From a virus, in the IMG/VR virus record IMGVR_UViG_3300046171_000314, positions 64,001 through 128,000 of that record: a stretch of DNA of 64,000 nt; one strand, written 5' to 3'. The position numbers were made by a program, and so were the translations under genes. Below are positions 1 to 9,537 of this stretch, piece after piece; within the stretch, counting starts at the first letter, position 1; every line of letters starts with the position of its first letter. Under the pieces are notes generated by a model. It ran no database searches. It was not told the DNA's origin and saw nothing but the letters and a program-made list of their open reading frames with translations.

Positions 1-898
1 AAAACCTCTTATCTTGATCTATATACGTTTGAGCAACCGCCTCTATCAATCGAACCCCAATACCAAAACCTTGATACTTTGGAAGAACCACCAATCGATG
101 TCCTCTCACTGCATTCTTTATAGTGCCTGAGGGAAAGGGGAGAATTGCAAGAAAGCCCACAGGTTTTTCATCTATCAAAGCGAGATAACAAGTGCTTGCT
201 TTATTTATCTGACCTGTCAGGTAGTGATACTTAGCAAACATTCCCCAATAATCAGTACTTGTTCTGAAGATTTGTAACTGCAAAGGTGTCCGAAGTGACC
301 TCCCTACGGACAAAACACCCGTATTAGTGTTGAACACCCAATCAGGGCAAAGCCATTCTAAGATATCTTCGTGACAAGTAGCCACCACCACACCTTTCAG
401 GTTTTCTTTGTCTATGTATCGTCGGACAGACACGGACAGGCTTTTGGCAGTGTCCCTGTCGACAACACTTGTGAATTCATCAAACACCGCCCCATCTTTC
501 AAACCTCTTGCGATCTTAGCCCTGTACTGCTCACCGAAGGAAAGAACGTGGTGTGGTTTCAACCAAGAGGGGATCGTATTCAACCCAACAGACATAAGCC
601 TTTCTATGGCATCATCAGGAGTTTGGAAATGAGAAACTATTGCTTTGTGTCGTTCCCAAGTGAAGTTCTCTTCTTCTCCAAAGTCTTTCAATAAAAGACT
701 TTTCCCTGTGCCACTGTCACCAACGATCATTCCCACTGTAAAGTCTTCGGGTATATCAGGCTTATCCCATAGTTCGAACTCAGTGTATCCTTTGAAGGTG
801 TAGTCTAGAGCCTCGCAAGCACGCTCTACAAATTCATCCATCTCTACTTCCGCTCGAACCTTTCTACGTTCTCCCATTAATAAATCAAGTATGTTCAT
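1..898 (-). CDS. ABC-type ATPase fused to GNAT acetyltransferase (3' end runs off window)
   Basis: Not in ORF track (open at edge). Manual translation: MNILDLLMGERR..., Walker A GDSGTGKS, ABC signature LSFGEQYR, Walker B AVFDEFTSVVD, H-loop VATCH, then GNAT acetyl-CoA motif RLVVLPKYQGFGIG; RBS AAAGGAGAG. Confidence 0.85.
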   Translation of the reverse strand, partial: MNILDLLMGERRKVRAEVEMDEFVERACEALDYTFKGYTEFELWDKPDIPEDFTVGMIVGDSGTGKSLLLKDFGEEENFTWERHKAIVSHFQTPDDAIERLMSVGLNTIPSWLKPHHVLSFGEQYRAKIARGLKDGAVFDEFTSVVDRDTAKSLSVSVRRYIDKENLKGVVVATCHEDILEWLCPDWVFNTNTGVLSVGRSLRTPLQLQIFRTSTDYWGMFAKYHYLTGQINKASTCYLALIDEKPVGFLAILPFPSGTIKNAVRGHRLVVLPKYQGFGIGVRLIEAVAQTYIDQDKRF

Positions 899-916
899 AA
901 TCTCTCCTTTGAGAGA

Positions 917-925
917 CTATACCGA
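917..925 (-). promoter_or_regulatory. class B (TCGGTA[TA]) putative phage promoter
   Basis: TCGGTATAG about 20 nt upstream of the ABC-GNAT start. Confidence 0.45.
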
Positions 926-934
926 TTTCTATTG

Positions 935-1222
935 TTACTTTGGTTTTGATAAGAGTTCTTTTATGTCATCTACCTTTTCGGTCATTGAATCCATCTTGCC
1001 ATCGAGTTTTACAAGTTGGATAGAGTTCTGCATAACGGTCTTTTCAATGGTTTTCATTGCTGTTTCGTTCTCAGCAACCTTTTGTTCAAGTCGGGATAGT
1101 TGTTCATTCTGAACAGCCATTGTTATTTCAAGTTTTATCCCCCAAACAAGCAAGGGAAGCACGAGGAGGGCTAGTCCATCTCGTATGTAAGACCAATAGT
1201 TGGGGGTACTTGGGGCAGACAT
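935..1222 (-). CDS. single-TM coiled-coil membrane protein (holin/antiholin-like possible)
   Basis: N-terminal hydrophobic helix LALLVLPLLVWGI followed by heptad coiled coil; class A motif at 1262-1277. Confidence 0.5.
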   Translation of the reverse strand: MSAPSTPNYWSYIRDGLALLVLPLLVWGIKLEITMAVQNEQLSRLEQKVAENETAMKTIEKTVMQNSIQLVKLDGKMDSMTEKVDDIKELLSKPK

Positions 1223-1300
1223 AATAACTCCAATAAAAGAATATTCTCTAATATCAATTGAATATAGAAAGATGATTGAACTTAAGAACTGCCCTCTGAA

Positions 1301-2077
1301 TCAACTAACTAGGGCATGTCTTAGTTTATCTATTTCACGAAAAATGATTTTTCTCACCGCCTCTCTCGATAAAGAAAATTGTTGTGCAATTTTGTTCAAA
1401 GATTGAGGGGTTTCGCCTGTCAATCCGAAACGCTTTTTTATAATCTCTTGGTGTCTTTGATTGCTTAGTTTATCCAATGCCTCAAGCAGCAACCTTTTTT
1501 CTTCCTCTTCTAAGGTGTGGGATAAAGGATCTTGCACCTGATGATCGACAATAATATCTTTCAGCAGGAAATCTTCTGAGAGGGGTGTCTCTAAAGAGGT
1601 AGGTGGGGGTGGGATGAGGGATATTTGGTCATAATGTTTCTTAGAAATGGCTGTCATTGCCAAACAATCTTCTAAGGAAAACCCTTGTTTAATCATTGCT
1701 TCTATTTGTGAGCAGTGCTTCATTTGCTCTTTTCGATATTCAGGGATAGCAATCAAGTCCGAGTGACACCTCCTCATTGCTTGCTTAATCCACCAAGTTG
1801 CATAGGTTGAGAACCGAAAACCCTTTTCAGGGTCATACTTTTTTGTTGCAATCATCAAGCCGATGTTCCCCTCTTGGATGAGATCCTCAAGAGGGCTTGG
1901 GTTTCTCTTCACTTCTTTTTGAGCAAGAGAAACCACCAAACGGAGGTTTGAAACAATCATTTTCTCAAAGGATCTGACACACCCTTTCTGTATTTTTGTG
2001 CCAAGTTCTAACTCTTCTTTTGCAGACAAGAGTTTGTGGTTCTTCAGTGATTCTAAATACGAGTCAATATCATTCAT
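1301..2077 (-). CDS. phage-encoded RNA polymerase sigma factor, RpoD/SigA-like family lacking region 1.1
   Basis: Region 1.2 YLESLKNHKLLSAKEE; region 2 NLRLVVSLA, DLIQEGNIGL, KYDPEKGFRFSTYATWWIKQA; region 3 SLETP; region 4 HTH IAQQFSLSREAVRKI. Confidence 0.93.
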   Translation of the reverse strand: MNDIDSYLESLKNHKLLSAKEELELGTKIQKGCVRSFEKMIVSNLRLVVSLAQKEVKRNPSPLEDLIQEGNIGLMIATKKYDPEKGFRFSTYATWWIKQAMRRCHSDLIAIPEYRKEQMKHCSQIEAMIKQGFSLEDCLAMTAISKKHYDQISLIPPPPTSLETPLSEDFLLKDIIVDHQVQDPLSHTLEEEEKRLLLEALDKLSNQRHQEIIKKRFGLTGETPQSLNKIAQQFSLSREAVRKIIFREIDKLRHALVS

Positions 2078-2513
2078 TCTTTTTCCAAATGTATTCTAGG
2101 ACAGGAACATCTGCCCACTGAGAATAATACTCAGGCTTTTTCTGATAAAGTTTTGATCTGTGAGATCGGTGGAAAGATTCATCCCCTAGCCAAATCGGAG
2201 GTGTGATAAATTCACGCCAATGCTCTCCTCCAATGGCTTGTGCTTTCTGTTCTATCTTACCCAAACACGTGTCCTTATAGCCTCGACCAAGCCACTCTCT
2301 GCAAATTGCCATCCCATATTCACACAAAGACAACTCCGCATTTTCCCACATTATAACCGCAGGGTGGTTGACCCATCCTTTTTGAATTCCTTCTCTCCTA
2401 TTTTGCAAAGCATTAAGTATTTGAAGCGTTTCCACTCTTTGTTTGCCCAACCTTGCTCTATCAAGGGTTTTGGCAGATTTTTCAAAGTTCTCATAAGGTA
2501 AAAAAGTTTGCAT
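2070..2513 (-). CDS. pyrimidine-dimer DNA glycosylase-like protein (MSMEG_6728 / DenV-related family)
   Basis: MQTFLPY...LDRARLGKQRVETLQIL, NHPAVIMW, PIWLGDESFHRSHRSKL family signature. Confidence 0.85.
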   Translation of the reverse strand: MQTFLPYENFEKSAKTLDRARLGKQRVETLQILNALQNRREGIQKGWVNHPAVIMWENAELSLCEYGMAICREWLGRGYKDTCLGKIEQKAQAIGGEHWREFITPPIWLGDESFHRSHRSKLYQKKPEYYSQWADVPVLEYIWKKNE

Positions 2514-2547
2514 AGTATTCTCCTGTTGTGCAAGGCTTTTACCGAAT

Positions 2548-3093
2548 TCACTCTTTGGAGAGATCGGATTGTTCCTTTGCTATTTGTTTGAAAATATCAT
2601 CGATGTTTGGCATATGTTCCTCCCACTGATCTCGAAGGTAGGTGATTGTCGTTTGTCCTGTTGCAACAGGGTGTATCATAAAAATAACGAAAAGGTTGTC
2701 AGGCAACATCTTGTACAAACCTTTCACATCGTTACGGAGTTCGACCATCTTCCCAACAGAATCACTTAGACAAATTTTATAGAAGTAAAAAAACTGTTCG
2801 TCTTCCTCAATATCATCGAAAGGAGGGTGCGTGTTCATAACTCCCTCAATCAAAAGCATAAACCTCTCAAATGATAAAACGAATGGTCTCGCACCTGCCC
2901 ATTCTCTTGGTATCTGCTTAGTTCCAAAGACCACCTTAGCAGGAGATTTTCTTTCGAGGAGTTGATTCATCACACTCATAAAAAAATGATCGTGAAACCA
3001 ATTAAAAGTCGCCCACGCAAAGCCTTTATTTCCATTATTAATTCCAATAAGTTCTGAGCCATCTGACACAAAAACTGCAAGGTGGTTTTTCAT
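2548..3093 (-). CDS. hypothetical protein
   Basis: 181-aa ORF with GAGGAG RBS. Confidence 0.7.
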   Translation of the reverse strand: MKNHLAVFVSDGSELIGINNGNKGFAWATFNWFHDHFFMSVMNQLLERKSPAKVVFGTKQIPREWAGARPFVLSFERFMLLIEGVMNTHPPFDDIEEDEQFFYFYKICLSDSVGKMVELRNDVKGLYKMLPDNLFVIFMIHPVATGQTTITYLRDQWEEHMPNIDDIFKQIAKEQSDLSKE

Positions 3094-3153
3094 AACGCTC
3101 CTCTAGTTACCTAGACCCAAATATAGAAACTTAATTGAAGTGCCCCTCTTGGG

Positions 3154-3180
3154 AAAAAAAGACCCCCAAAGTTGGGGGTA
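3154..3180 (-). terminator. rho-independent terminator
   Basis: ACCCCCAA-CT-TTGGGGGT stem followed by T7 on minus strand. Confidence 0.7.
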
Positions 3181-3203
3181 GTGATTTTGTCAAATTCCAT
3201 AGA

Positions 3204-3488
3204 CTAGAAGACTAGGTGATTGTAATAAGTCCAAGCAATATCACAGGCTTGGGGGCATTCTTTTCTCAAAGAGCCAAGATGGGAAATAAAATCTTTTTTG
3301 AGTAAAGGAAAGTCTCCATCAAAAAGATCAGGTGCTTCTTCAAGCACCCCCATTACAGCAGACCAAGCAAGGGTTTCACATTGTTTTTGCCAATGCTCTT
3401 CCTGTGCCCTTTCTACATTTTCAAGGGCTTGCTCTTCTCGCTCCTTAGCCTCTTCTATCCATTTTGTGATGTTCATATGAATTGACAT
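3204..3488 (-). CDS. hypothetical protein (start revised to MSIHMNI)
   Basis: GGAGG RBS before ATG at 3488; upstream part of track ORF overlaps the 49-aa gene. Confidence 0.65.
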   Translation of the reverse strand: MSIHMNITKWIEEAKEREEQALENVERAQEEHWQKQCETLAWSAVMGVLEEAPDLFDGDFPLLKKDFISHLGSLRKECPQACDIAWTYYNHLVF

Positions 3489-3498
3489 AATAGCCTCC

Positions 3499-3648
3499 TT
3501 ATTCTTTGTCATAGCCATCGAACCAAACACCTTCTTTTCGGGTCTTTGGGTCACGACAATGGGCTTGGGCTTGTTCAAGAGACAAGCCTCGTTTGATGAT
3601 GCGTTTGCGATTGTGGTTCTTGTAGAACCGAATGATTTTGTAAGTCAT
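3499..3648 (-). CDS. small hypothetical phage protein (49 aa)
   Basis: Not in track: MTYKIIRFYKNHNRKRIIKRGLSLEQAQAHCRDPKTRKEGVWFDGYDKE with TAGGAGGT RBS. Confidence 0.75.
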   Translation of the reverse strand: MTYKIIRFYKNHNRKRIIKRGLSLEQAQAHCRDPKTRKEGVWFDGYDKE

Positions 3649-3657
3649 ACTGACCTC

Positions 3658-3870
3658 CTAGTGGTGTGTTTTTTCTATTTCAGAGATACGAACAAGAGCG
3701 TTAGGAAACTCGGCAAGGGTTAGTTCTTTGAACATATCCCTCGTCATTGGAATCCCACATAAGAACTGTGGGAAATTCCTCTCAACAAACTCTATCTTGT
3801 GGCAAAGCCCTTCCACACCCTCAGGATATGGAATAGGGGTTTTAATCTCAAAAGTAACGATATAAGTCAT
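3658..3870 (-). CDS. hypothetical protein (start MTYIVTF)
   Basis: CAGGAGGTCACT-ATG RBS. Confidence 0.65.
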   Translation of the reverse strand: MTYIVTFEIKTPIPYPEGVEGLCHKIEFVERNFPQFLCGIPMTRDMFKELTLAEFPNALVRISEIEKTHH

Positions 3871-3905
3871 AGTGACCTCCTGTAAAATGTTATGTAATGT
3901 TATAT

Positions 3906-4503
3906 TTAAGCAACTCGCCAACCGCCCTTATACGACTTCTTGACAACGATTTCTTCACCGCCTTCGCAACCTTTTGCATCAGCAAGCCAACAGGCGATAG
4001 CGATTTCAGTGTCTTTCACAATGATATGTCCTTTCGGATACCAAGCCTCAACACCACCGATTGCCGCCTTGATTGCTTTGTCAGACTCGGCAAGGATAGC
4101 CAAGCCCTCAAACTTGCGGTGAGTAGGAACAGCGACCTCTTTGGCTTCCTCAGCCCCCTTGTCAGCCTTCGCACGATTTACCCAACGATGGGCAACCGCA
4201 TTAATATGCTTGCAAGGGTCAAGTTTGAAAGGGGCAGTGCCCTTCAGGGTTCATTCTTTTGAAGGATCTACAAGTACAAGAGATTGAGCCTGTACCGACA
4301 GGGTTCTCTTTTGTAGAGTAAGGGTTGAAGTCAGCAGAGATAGCCACAACATAATCAGCAGTGCCTTTGCAAGTCGCTGTAATGCCTTTTGAGTTGGCTT
4401 TGGCATCAACCACAGTGGTATCAGCGACTCGCTCTGTGTAGCGAAGTCTAGTTGCTTTGAGAACATCGTTTGCGGCTTTGTCTAGGATTTCTGTAATAGT
4501 CAT
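3906..4503 (-). CDS. SWIM zinc-finger protein with an apparent +1 frameshift near 4231-4242
   Basis: Frame 1 gives SCTCRSF; removing one base restores ...LDPCKHINAV and joins the 3906-4103 ORF, completing CxC...CxH. Confidence 0.7.
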
Positions 4504-4597
4504 TATTGACCTCCGATTGAGTAAAAAATTGAGTGGTTATTGGATTCATTGTCTATACGATTGTCGAAAATTTACGTTAGGGTTTCAAGCCTTAATC

Positions 4598-4777
4598 TCA
4601 GTGCCAATGATGATCATTGTCCCCACAAACATATTGATTGTGGTATCGCTCTTCCAACTCAGCGAGAAGAGCCTCGTCACGAGCCTTTTCTTCTTCAAGT
4701 TGTTTTTTGTAGTTTTCAATGTCACGATCAACTGCATCTTGGGCATCGATATCAGGTGTATTGTATTCATTTTCCAT
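4598..4777 (-). CDS. small acidic hypothetical protein
   Basis: GGAGGTCAAT-ATG RBS; MENEYNTPD... Confidence 0.6.
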   Translation of the reverse strand: MENEYNTPDIDAQDAVDRDIENYKKQLEEEKARDEALLAELEERYHNQYVCGDNDHHWH

Positions 4778-4897
4778 ATTGACCTCCGTTGTTGTCCCTT
4801 CCCATACGATTCTCAAAATTTTACGTCATAGTTTTGGAATATTTTTTTTATACTTTTCAATGGTTGGTACTTTATTTGGAACGCATTGGAGGAGAAA

Positions 4898-5908
4898 ATG
4901 TACGACCCGTTGGTAACTCTTTTTGAGAGAATAAAAGAGAGTGGGGGATTTGTTAATGCCCACTGCCACCTTGATAGAGCCTATACTCTAACGAAGGTAG
5001 ATGTAGAGCAGGGAATGATTTATGCCCCCCTTGAAAAAAAGTGGTTATTGGTGGATGCCCTCAAAGCCGAACTCAGCGAAGATGATTATGAAATAAGAAT
5101 GAAATTCGCCATCAAGAAGCAAAAAGAAATGGGTGTGTCTACTTGTTTGAGTTTTATCGACATTGATCCTGTTGTCGGAATGAAAGCCATCAATGCAGCA
5201 GTAAAGGTCAAGGCTTACGCAAAAGAGGAACTAGAACTTGATCTTCTCTTGGCGAGCCAAACCTTGAAAGGCGTTAATAATGCGGACTCTAAGAAACTAT
5301 TAGAAAAAGCCTTACAAGATCAAATGCTTGATGTGATTGGATCTCTCCCAAGAGCGGACAGGGATATGAACAGACATTTTGATACAATCTTCTCTATGGC
5401 TCGTGAAGCCAACCTACCTGTCCATTCGCACGTCGATCAGAACAATACTCCCACTGAAAAGGAAACCGAACTCCTTATTAATAAGGTGAAAGAGTTCTCT
5501 TATTTTGGAAAGACTACCGCAGTGCATAGCATCTCACTAGCCACACAAAAGAAAGGATATCGGAAAATGGTGTATTCAATGGCGAGGGATGTGGGATTGA
5601 ATTTTGTGTCCTGCCCTACTGCTTGGATTGACCACAAACGAAATGAAATGATGATGCCCTTCCATAATGCCCTCACTCCTGTAGATGAACTGTTGGAACA
5701 TAACCTTGTTGTTGCAGTGGGGACAGACAATATAAACGATGTGTATAAACCTTTTTGTAATGGGGATATGAAAGTAGAACTACGTTTGCTGTTGGAAGGG
5801 AACAAGATTTATGATTCAAACAAGTTGTTTGACATAGCCACAAGAAACGGTCTTATCTGTTGTGGTGGGGGAACTTTCCAAAAACCCTCTTTGCGGTTGC
5901 TGTATTAG
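4898..5908 (+). CDS. cytosine-deaminase-like metal-dependent amidohydrolase
   Basis: NAHCHLDRA (HxHLD), HSHVDQ, AVHSISL, CPT, VGTDNINDVYKPF..GD motifs of CodA-type amidohydrolases; GGAGGAG RBS. Confidence 0.85.
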   Translation: MYDPLVTLFERIKESGGFVNAHCHLDRAYTLTKVDVEQGMIYAPLEKKWLLVDALKAELSEDDYEIRMKFAIKKQKEMGVSTCLSFIDIDPVVGMKAINAAVKVKAYAKEELELDLLLASQTLKGVNNADSKKLLEKALQDQMLDVIGSLPRADRDMNRHFDTIFSMAREANLPVHSHVDQNNTPTEKETELLINKVKEFSYFGKTTAVHSISLATQKKGYRKMVYSMARDVGLNFVSCPTAWIDHKRNEMMMPFHNALTPVDELLEHNLVVAVGTDNINDVYKPFCNGDMKVELRLLLEGNKIYDSNKLFDIATRNGLICCGGGTFQKPSLRLLY

Positions 5909-6012
5909 GAAAGTTCAGTTCAAGTACATCGACTCTATCGTACGCTGCGGATGAGTTAGTATGTTTGCTCCAATCTTTATTAGGGTTTGTTATTGAAGAA
6001 TTAGGGAAAAAG

Positions 6013-6028
6013 AATAATTTGCCTATAA
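6013..6028 (+). promoter_or_regulatory. class A (late-like) putative promoter RATAAT-N4-CTATAW
   Basis: AATAAT-TTGC-CTATAA about 30 nt upstream of start. Confidence 0.55.
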
Positions 6029-6059
6029 AATTTTTAGGGTAAAACAGAGGAGTTATTTG

Positions 6060-6929
6060 ATGTATAATTTTGGATATACCAAACTCAACCAAGACATAGC
6101 AGAAACAATAAATTTCTTGGAAAGAAATTATAAACAAGAAATTAAATTGAAACCCCTGAAAGATGCCAATTGGAAAAAGTTGCTCACTTCCTTGAAAACT
6201 CTTGATAAGGCAAACATCAAGCAAGCCATAAGTCTTGCTGAGGCAATAGATGTGCGATACCTCGCCTCTACCTACGAATTTCTTCAACAAGTAGTTGAGG
6301 AATACGACATTGATGATCAAATAGAGCGGATGTCCTACTCAGGAGTCGGAGAATGGTTCAATATGATGAAGTGGGCTTGGCGAACCGAAATGGACAAAGA
6401 TTTTTACTCTTGGGTGTATCAAGGCAAAGCCATCTACTCAGGCAAGTTCGAAAAAGCAGTGTATAAGTATATGGGAATTAAGGATTACGAAGAAGTAATT
6501 GTAGAAGATCTTATTCTTGAGAAGCGAAACATCCTAATCGATTTTGAGGGAGGTCTTCTTCGAGAAAAATCAATAGATGCTGTTTGCACCACCACCTCCA
6601 TAATCTCTATGGGTGCTCGTACTCCTGTGGAAGTTTCAATTGAGAATATCGACAAGATAGACATATCTAATGCTCTATCTTACACAGACACCTCCCCTGA
6701 CGAGGACACTCGAATACAAAGAGGTGTTTTATACTTACAAATCCCATTCATAAACAACGAAACTTTTGAGTTAGACCATCGCAAGCCTCCAATCGTTGAA
6801 TGGACAGGCACATTACATTTCGTACAAGAAAACGGACAACCCCTGCCCCTTGATCAAGATGTGGGAGTAACACTTCGATTAAACTTCGACAGTGATTATC
6901 TGAGGGAACTTGGGGTAAAAAGTTGGTAA
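6060..6929 (+). CDS. hypothetical acidic protein, possibly virion-associated
   Basis: 289-aa ORF, GAGGAG RBS, own class A motif and terminator; shares IKQAI-containing motif with 39917. Confidence 0.7.
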   Translation: MYNFGYTKLNQDIAETINFLERNYKQEIKLKPLKDANWKKLLTSLKTLDKANIKQAISLAEAIDVRYLASTYEFLQQVVEEYDIDDQIERMSYSGVGEWFNMMKWAWRTEMDKDFYSWVYQGKAIYSGKFEKAVYKYMGIKDYEEVIVEDLILEKRNILIDFEGGLLREKSIDAVCTTTSIISMGARTPVEVSIENIDKIDISNALSYTDTSPDEDTRIQRGVLYLQIPFINNETFELDHRKPPIVEWTGTLHFVQENGQPLPLDQDVGVTLRLNFDSDYLRELGVKSW

Positions 6930-6944
6930 GGTTTCCCTAATAAG

Positions 6945-6987
6945 AAAAGCCCCCAAGATATTTCTATCGAGGGGGCTTTAATTTTTT
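6945..6987. terminator. likely bidirectional rho-independent terminator
   Basis: AAAGCCCCC...GGGGGCTTT stem between convergent genes. Confidence 0.65.
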
Positions 6988-7001
6988 GTGAATAAGGAGG
7001 A

Positions 7002-7166
7002 TTACTCAGAAGCGGTATCTTCACCTTCGCCCTCTTCTGACTCTTCATTTTCGGAAGAGGTATCTTCATTTTCCACTACTGATGTGTCAGATTCTTCCAC
7101 AGCAGTATCTTGTTCTTTATCTTCACAACCAAAAATTGTGATCAAAAATATAATAGTACTAATCAT
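7002..7166 (-). CDS. small acidic lipoprotein (54 aa)
   Basis: Not in track: MISTIIFLITIFG-C lipobox then EDKEQDTAVEESDTS...; GGAGGTG RBS. Confidence 0.7.
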   Translation of the reverse strand: MISTIIFLITIFGCEDKEQDTAVEESDTSVVENEDTSSENEESEEGEGEDTASE

Positions 7167-7348
7167 AGGTCACCTCCAATGTGAGATTAGACAAACAAGT
7201 ATATCGTAAATTATATTTTTTCGCCAAAAAATATAATGAGAGTCTATCTCTATTGTTGAACTTAAAGCAACATCACGACTCTTTTGTTTGCCTATATCCT
7301 CTGTAATATGTTGAGGATACTTGTGTCCTCTCTTAACAGAGGTGAGAC

Positions 7349-8675
7349 TTGAAAAGTTTGTATGTTATAGACACATCGGTTTTAATACACGACCCTGATT
7401 GCATATATAAGTTTGTGGGAAATGATGTAGCCATTCCGATATTCGTCATTGTAGAACTTGATGATTTGAAAGAGAAGAAGCATAAGCCCAACGTTGCTTA
7501 TGCCTCTCGTTGTGCATCAAGAACCATTCAAAATATCCATGAACTTGGAAACATTAGGGAAGGAGTTTACTTAGAAGAAGAAAATATAAATGTTAAAGTC
7601 ATCGGAACAACAGGAGGAGAAATCCAAGCCCTTCAAGATAGCACCAATCCTCGAAAAATGGATTTGTGGATTATGCAGTGTGCTCTTTCAATGAGAGAAG
7701 AATATGACAATGTGATTCTTGTGTCGAAGGACTTGAACCTAAGGCTTCTCTCAGAGGGAGAGGGGCTTGTCGCAGAGGACTATGAAAGCAATAAAGTACT
7801 TGTCAGTGAGGTGTATAAAGGATTCAGAGAAATAGGAGAGCAGGAAAGAGCAGCAGAAGTTTATATTCCCAACATCGAGATAGAGGCAGAAGAAATGGTA
7901 GATGAGCCAATTCCAAATGAATTTTACATAGCCACCTGTGAAAAGAGAGACTTCCTTTTCAAGAACTTAGCAGGGTATGTGAGACCTGTTTCAAAAGAAT
8001 TTTCAGACCAACATGTTTCAGTCTCCCCTAGAAACATCGAGCAAAGAATGGCTCTTGATATTCTGTTGAACCCTAATATATCTCTCTTGTGTTTGGTTGG
8101 GAAAGCAGGAACAGGAAAGACCTTCTTAGCCCTCGCAGCAGCATTAGCACAGATCCACAATGGGTATGAAAAGATTATACTTTCAAAGCCGATTATGGAT
8201 ATGGGGAACTCCATTGGATTCTTGCCCGGCGATTTGGATGAGAAACTTGCCCCCTTGGATGGAGTCATACTTCGACAACTTAGACCAACTTATTCCAACG
8301 AAAACCACGATTAGTTGGGGAGGCAAACAAAAGTCTGAACCCAATTGGAAGTACCTATTAGACACAGGGGCGATTGTGATGCAGCCTATCAACTCCATTA
8401 GAGGAAGAAGCATTTCGAACTCTATAATGATCATTGATGAAGCACAGAACCTCACACCACACGAAATAAAAACAATCATTACTCGTGCCGCTGAGGGCAC
8501 AAAGGTTGTTCTTATGGGTGATCCATTCCAAGTAGACAATCAGTTCCTTGATCGAAACTCTAATGGATTGACTTACGTCTGTGACAAGATGAAAGGGAGT
8601 CCTATTTTTGGGGCTGTGTTCTTTTCACAAGGCGTTCGCTCAGAGTTGGCAGAAGAAGCCGCCAATAGGTTGTAA
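7349..8675 (+). CDS. phoH: PIN-domain PhoH-family ATPase (PhoH2/YlaK type), apparent +1 frameshift in C-run 8250-8254
   Basis: PIN: VIDTSVLIHDP, VELDDLK, LVSKDLNLR; PhoH: GKAGTGKT, GFLPGDLDEK(LAPW), IRGRSI, IIDEAQN, GDPFQVD, RSELAE. Confidence 0.9.
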
Positions 8676-8677
8676 CA

Positions 8678-9046
8678 ATGATCTATTGGTATGTTTTCCT
8701 GTTCATTATATTAGAACTCACTATCTTCGTGAGGGGCAACGCTAAGTTTGTTTGGGGCTTAGAGTTGCACCCCTTACAATGGTGGATTTATGTGGGGTGG
8801 CTTAGTTCTCTTGTGGGTCTGACATCTTGGTGGGGTCTTGTACAAGAGATGGGGATTTGGAAGGCAACGGTCTTTGCGATGGCTCTCTCGTTTACCGTGA
8901 GTTTTCTTCTCAAGGCTTGGTTTTTCAACCCCCCTAGTCCAAGAAACTTTATTGCATTGGCATTATGTTGGTCGGCTGTATTTATCTCAGAGGGGCAGCC
9001 GACAGAAACGGAGGAAGAGGACACTAAAGAAGAACCTAATGATTAA
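8678..9046 (+). CDS. small multi-pass membrane protein (SMR/DMT-like topology)
   Basis: Four hydrophobic segments in about 105 aa, Glu in TM1. Confidence 0.55.
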   Translation: MIYWYVFLFIILELTIFVRGNAKFVWGLELHPLQWWIYVGWLSSLVGLTSWWGLVQEMGIWKATVFAMALSFTVSFLLKAWFFNPPSPRNFIALALCWSAVFISEGQPTETEEEDTKEEPND

Positions 9047-9371
9047 TTGCTATCCAATTCTTTTTATGCCTTATCGTTTGCAAGCAGTGATAGGTTAGTT
9101 CTTCTTCATCCCCTTGTTGGGAATAAACATATATCAAAAACCCACAAATCAAAAAGACCCCTTGACCACTTGGATCGAGGGGCTGTTTTTTTTCAGCGAA
9201 GTACCATCGCTGTATGACAGACGATAAGTGTTCTTTAAGCATTTTGGTGTGGTTTTGCGGAGGTAATCTCAGAACCCACCAAAGAGCACGACCAAAAAAA
9301 CCCAAAGCCATTTTAGAAAGGACATTCCACACCCCAAACATCCGACAAAAGAATTTAATATCTTCGAGCAT
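9036..9371 (-). CDS. hypothetical protein
   Basis: Coupled ORF in minus-strand operon. Confidence 0.55.
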   Translation of the reverse strand: MLEDIKFFCRMFGVWNVLSKMALGFFGRALWWVLRLPPQNHTKMLKEHLSSVIQRWYFAEKKQPLDPSGQGVFLICGFLIYVYSQQGDEEELTYHCLQTIRHKKNWIAINH

Positions 9372-9537
9372 CCTTTAAGTACCTCTTCCCCAACTCAGGC
9401 TTGAGACCCAATTCCTTGTGCCTCTTATCTCTTTCTTTTTCATAGGCTTTGCCACTAGAGCAACTACAAATGCCTCTCAACACTTTACCACCAAAGTAAC
9501 CGTTGGCATAACCACGACCACCACACTTAGGGCACAT
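9355..9537 (-). CDS. small zinc-finger protein
   Basis: CPKCGGRG...CSC. Confidence 0.6.
   Translation of the reverse strand: MCPKCGGRGYANGYFGGKVLRGICSCSSGKAYEKERDKRHKELGLKPELGKRYLKDARRY

Noticed and set aside
371-694. Plus-strand ORFs at the window start, and the many other short antisense ORFs in the track
   Set aside because: They are shadows of well-supported genes on the opposite strand or in another frame
3489-3578. N-terminal extension of the 3204-3578 track ORF
   Set aside because: It overlaps a better 49-aa gene with strong RBS; an internal ATG at 3488 has its own GGAGG
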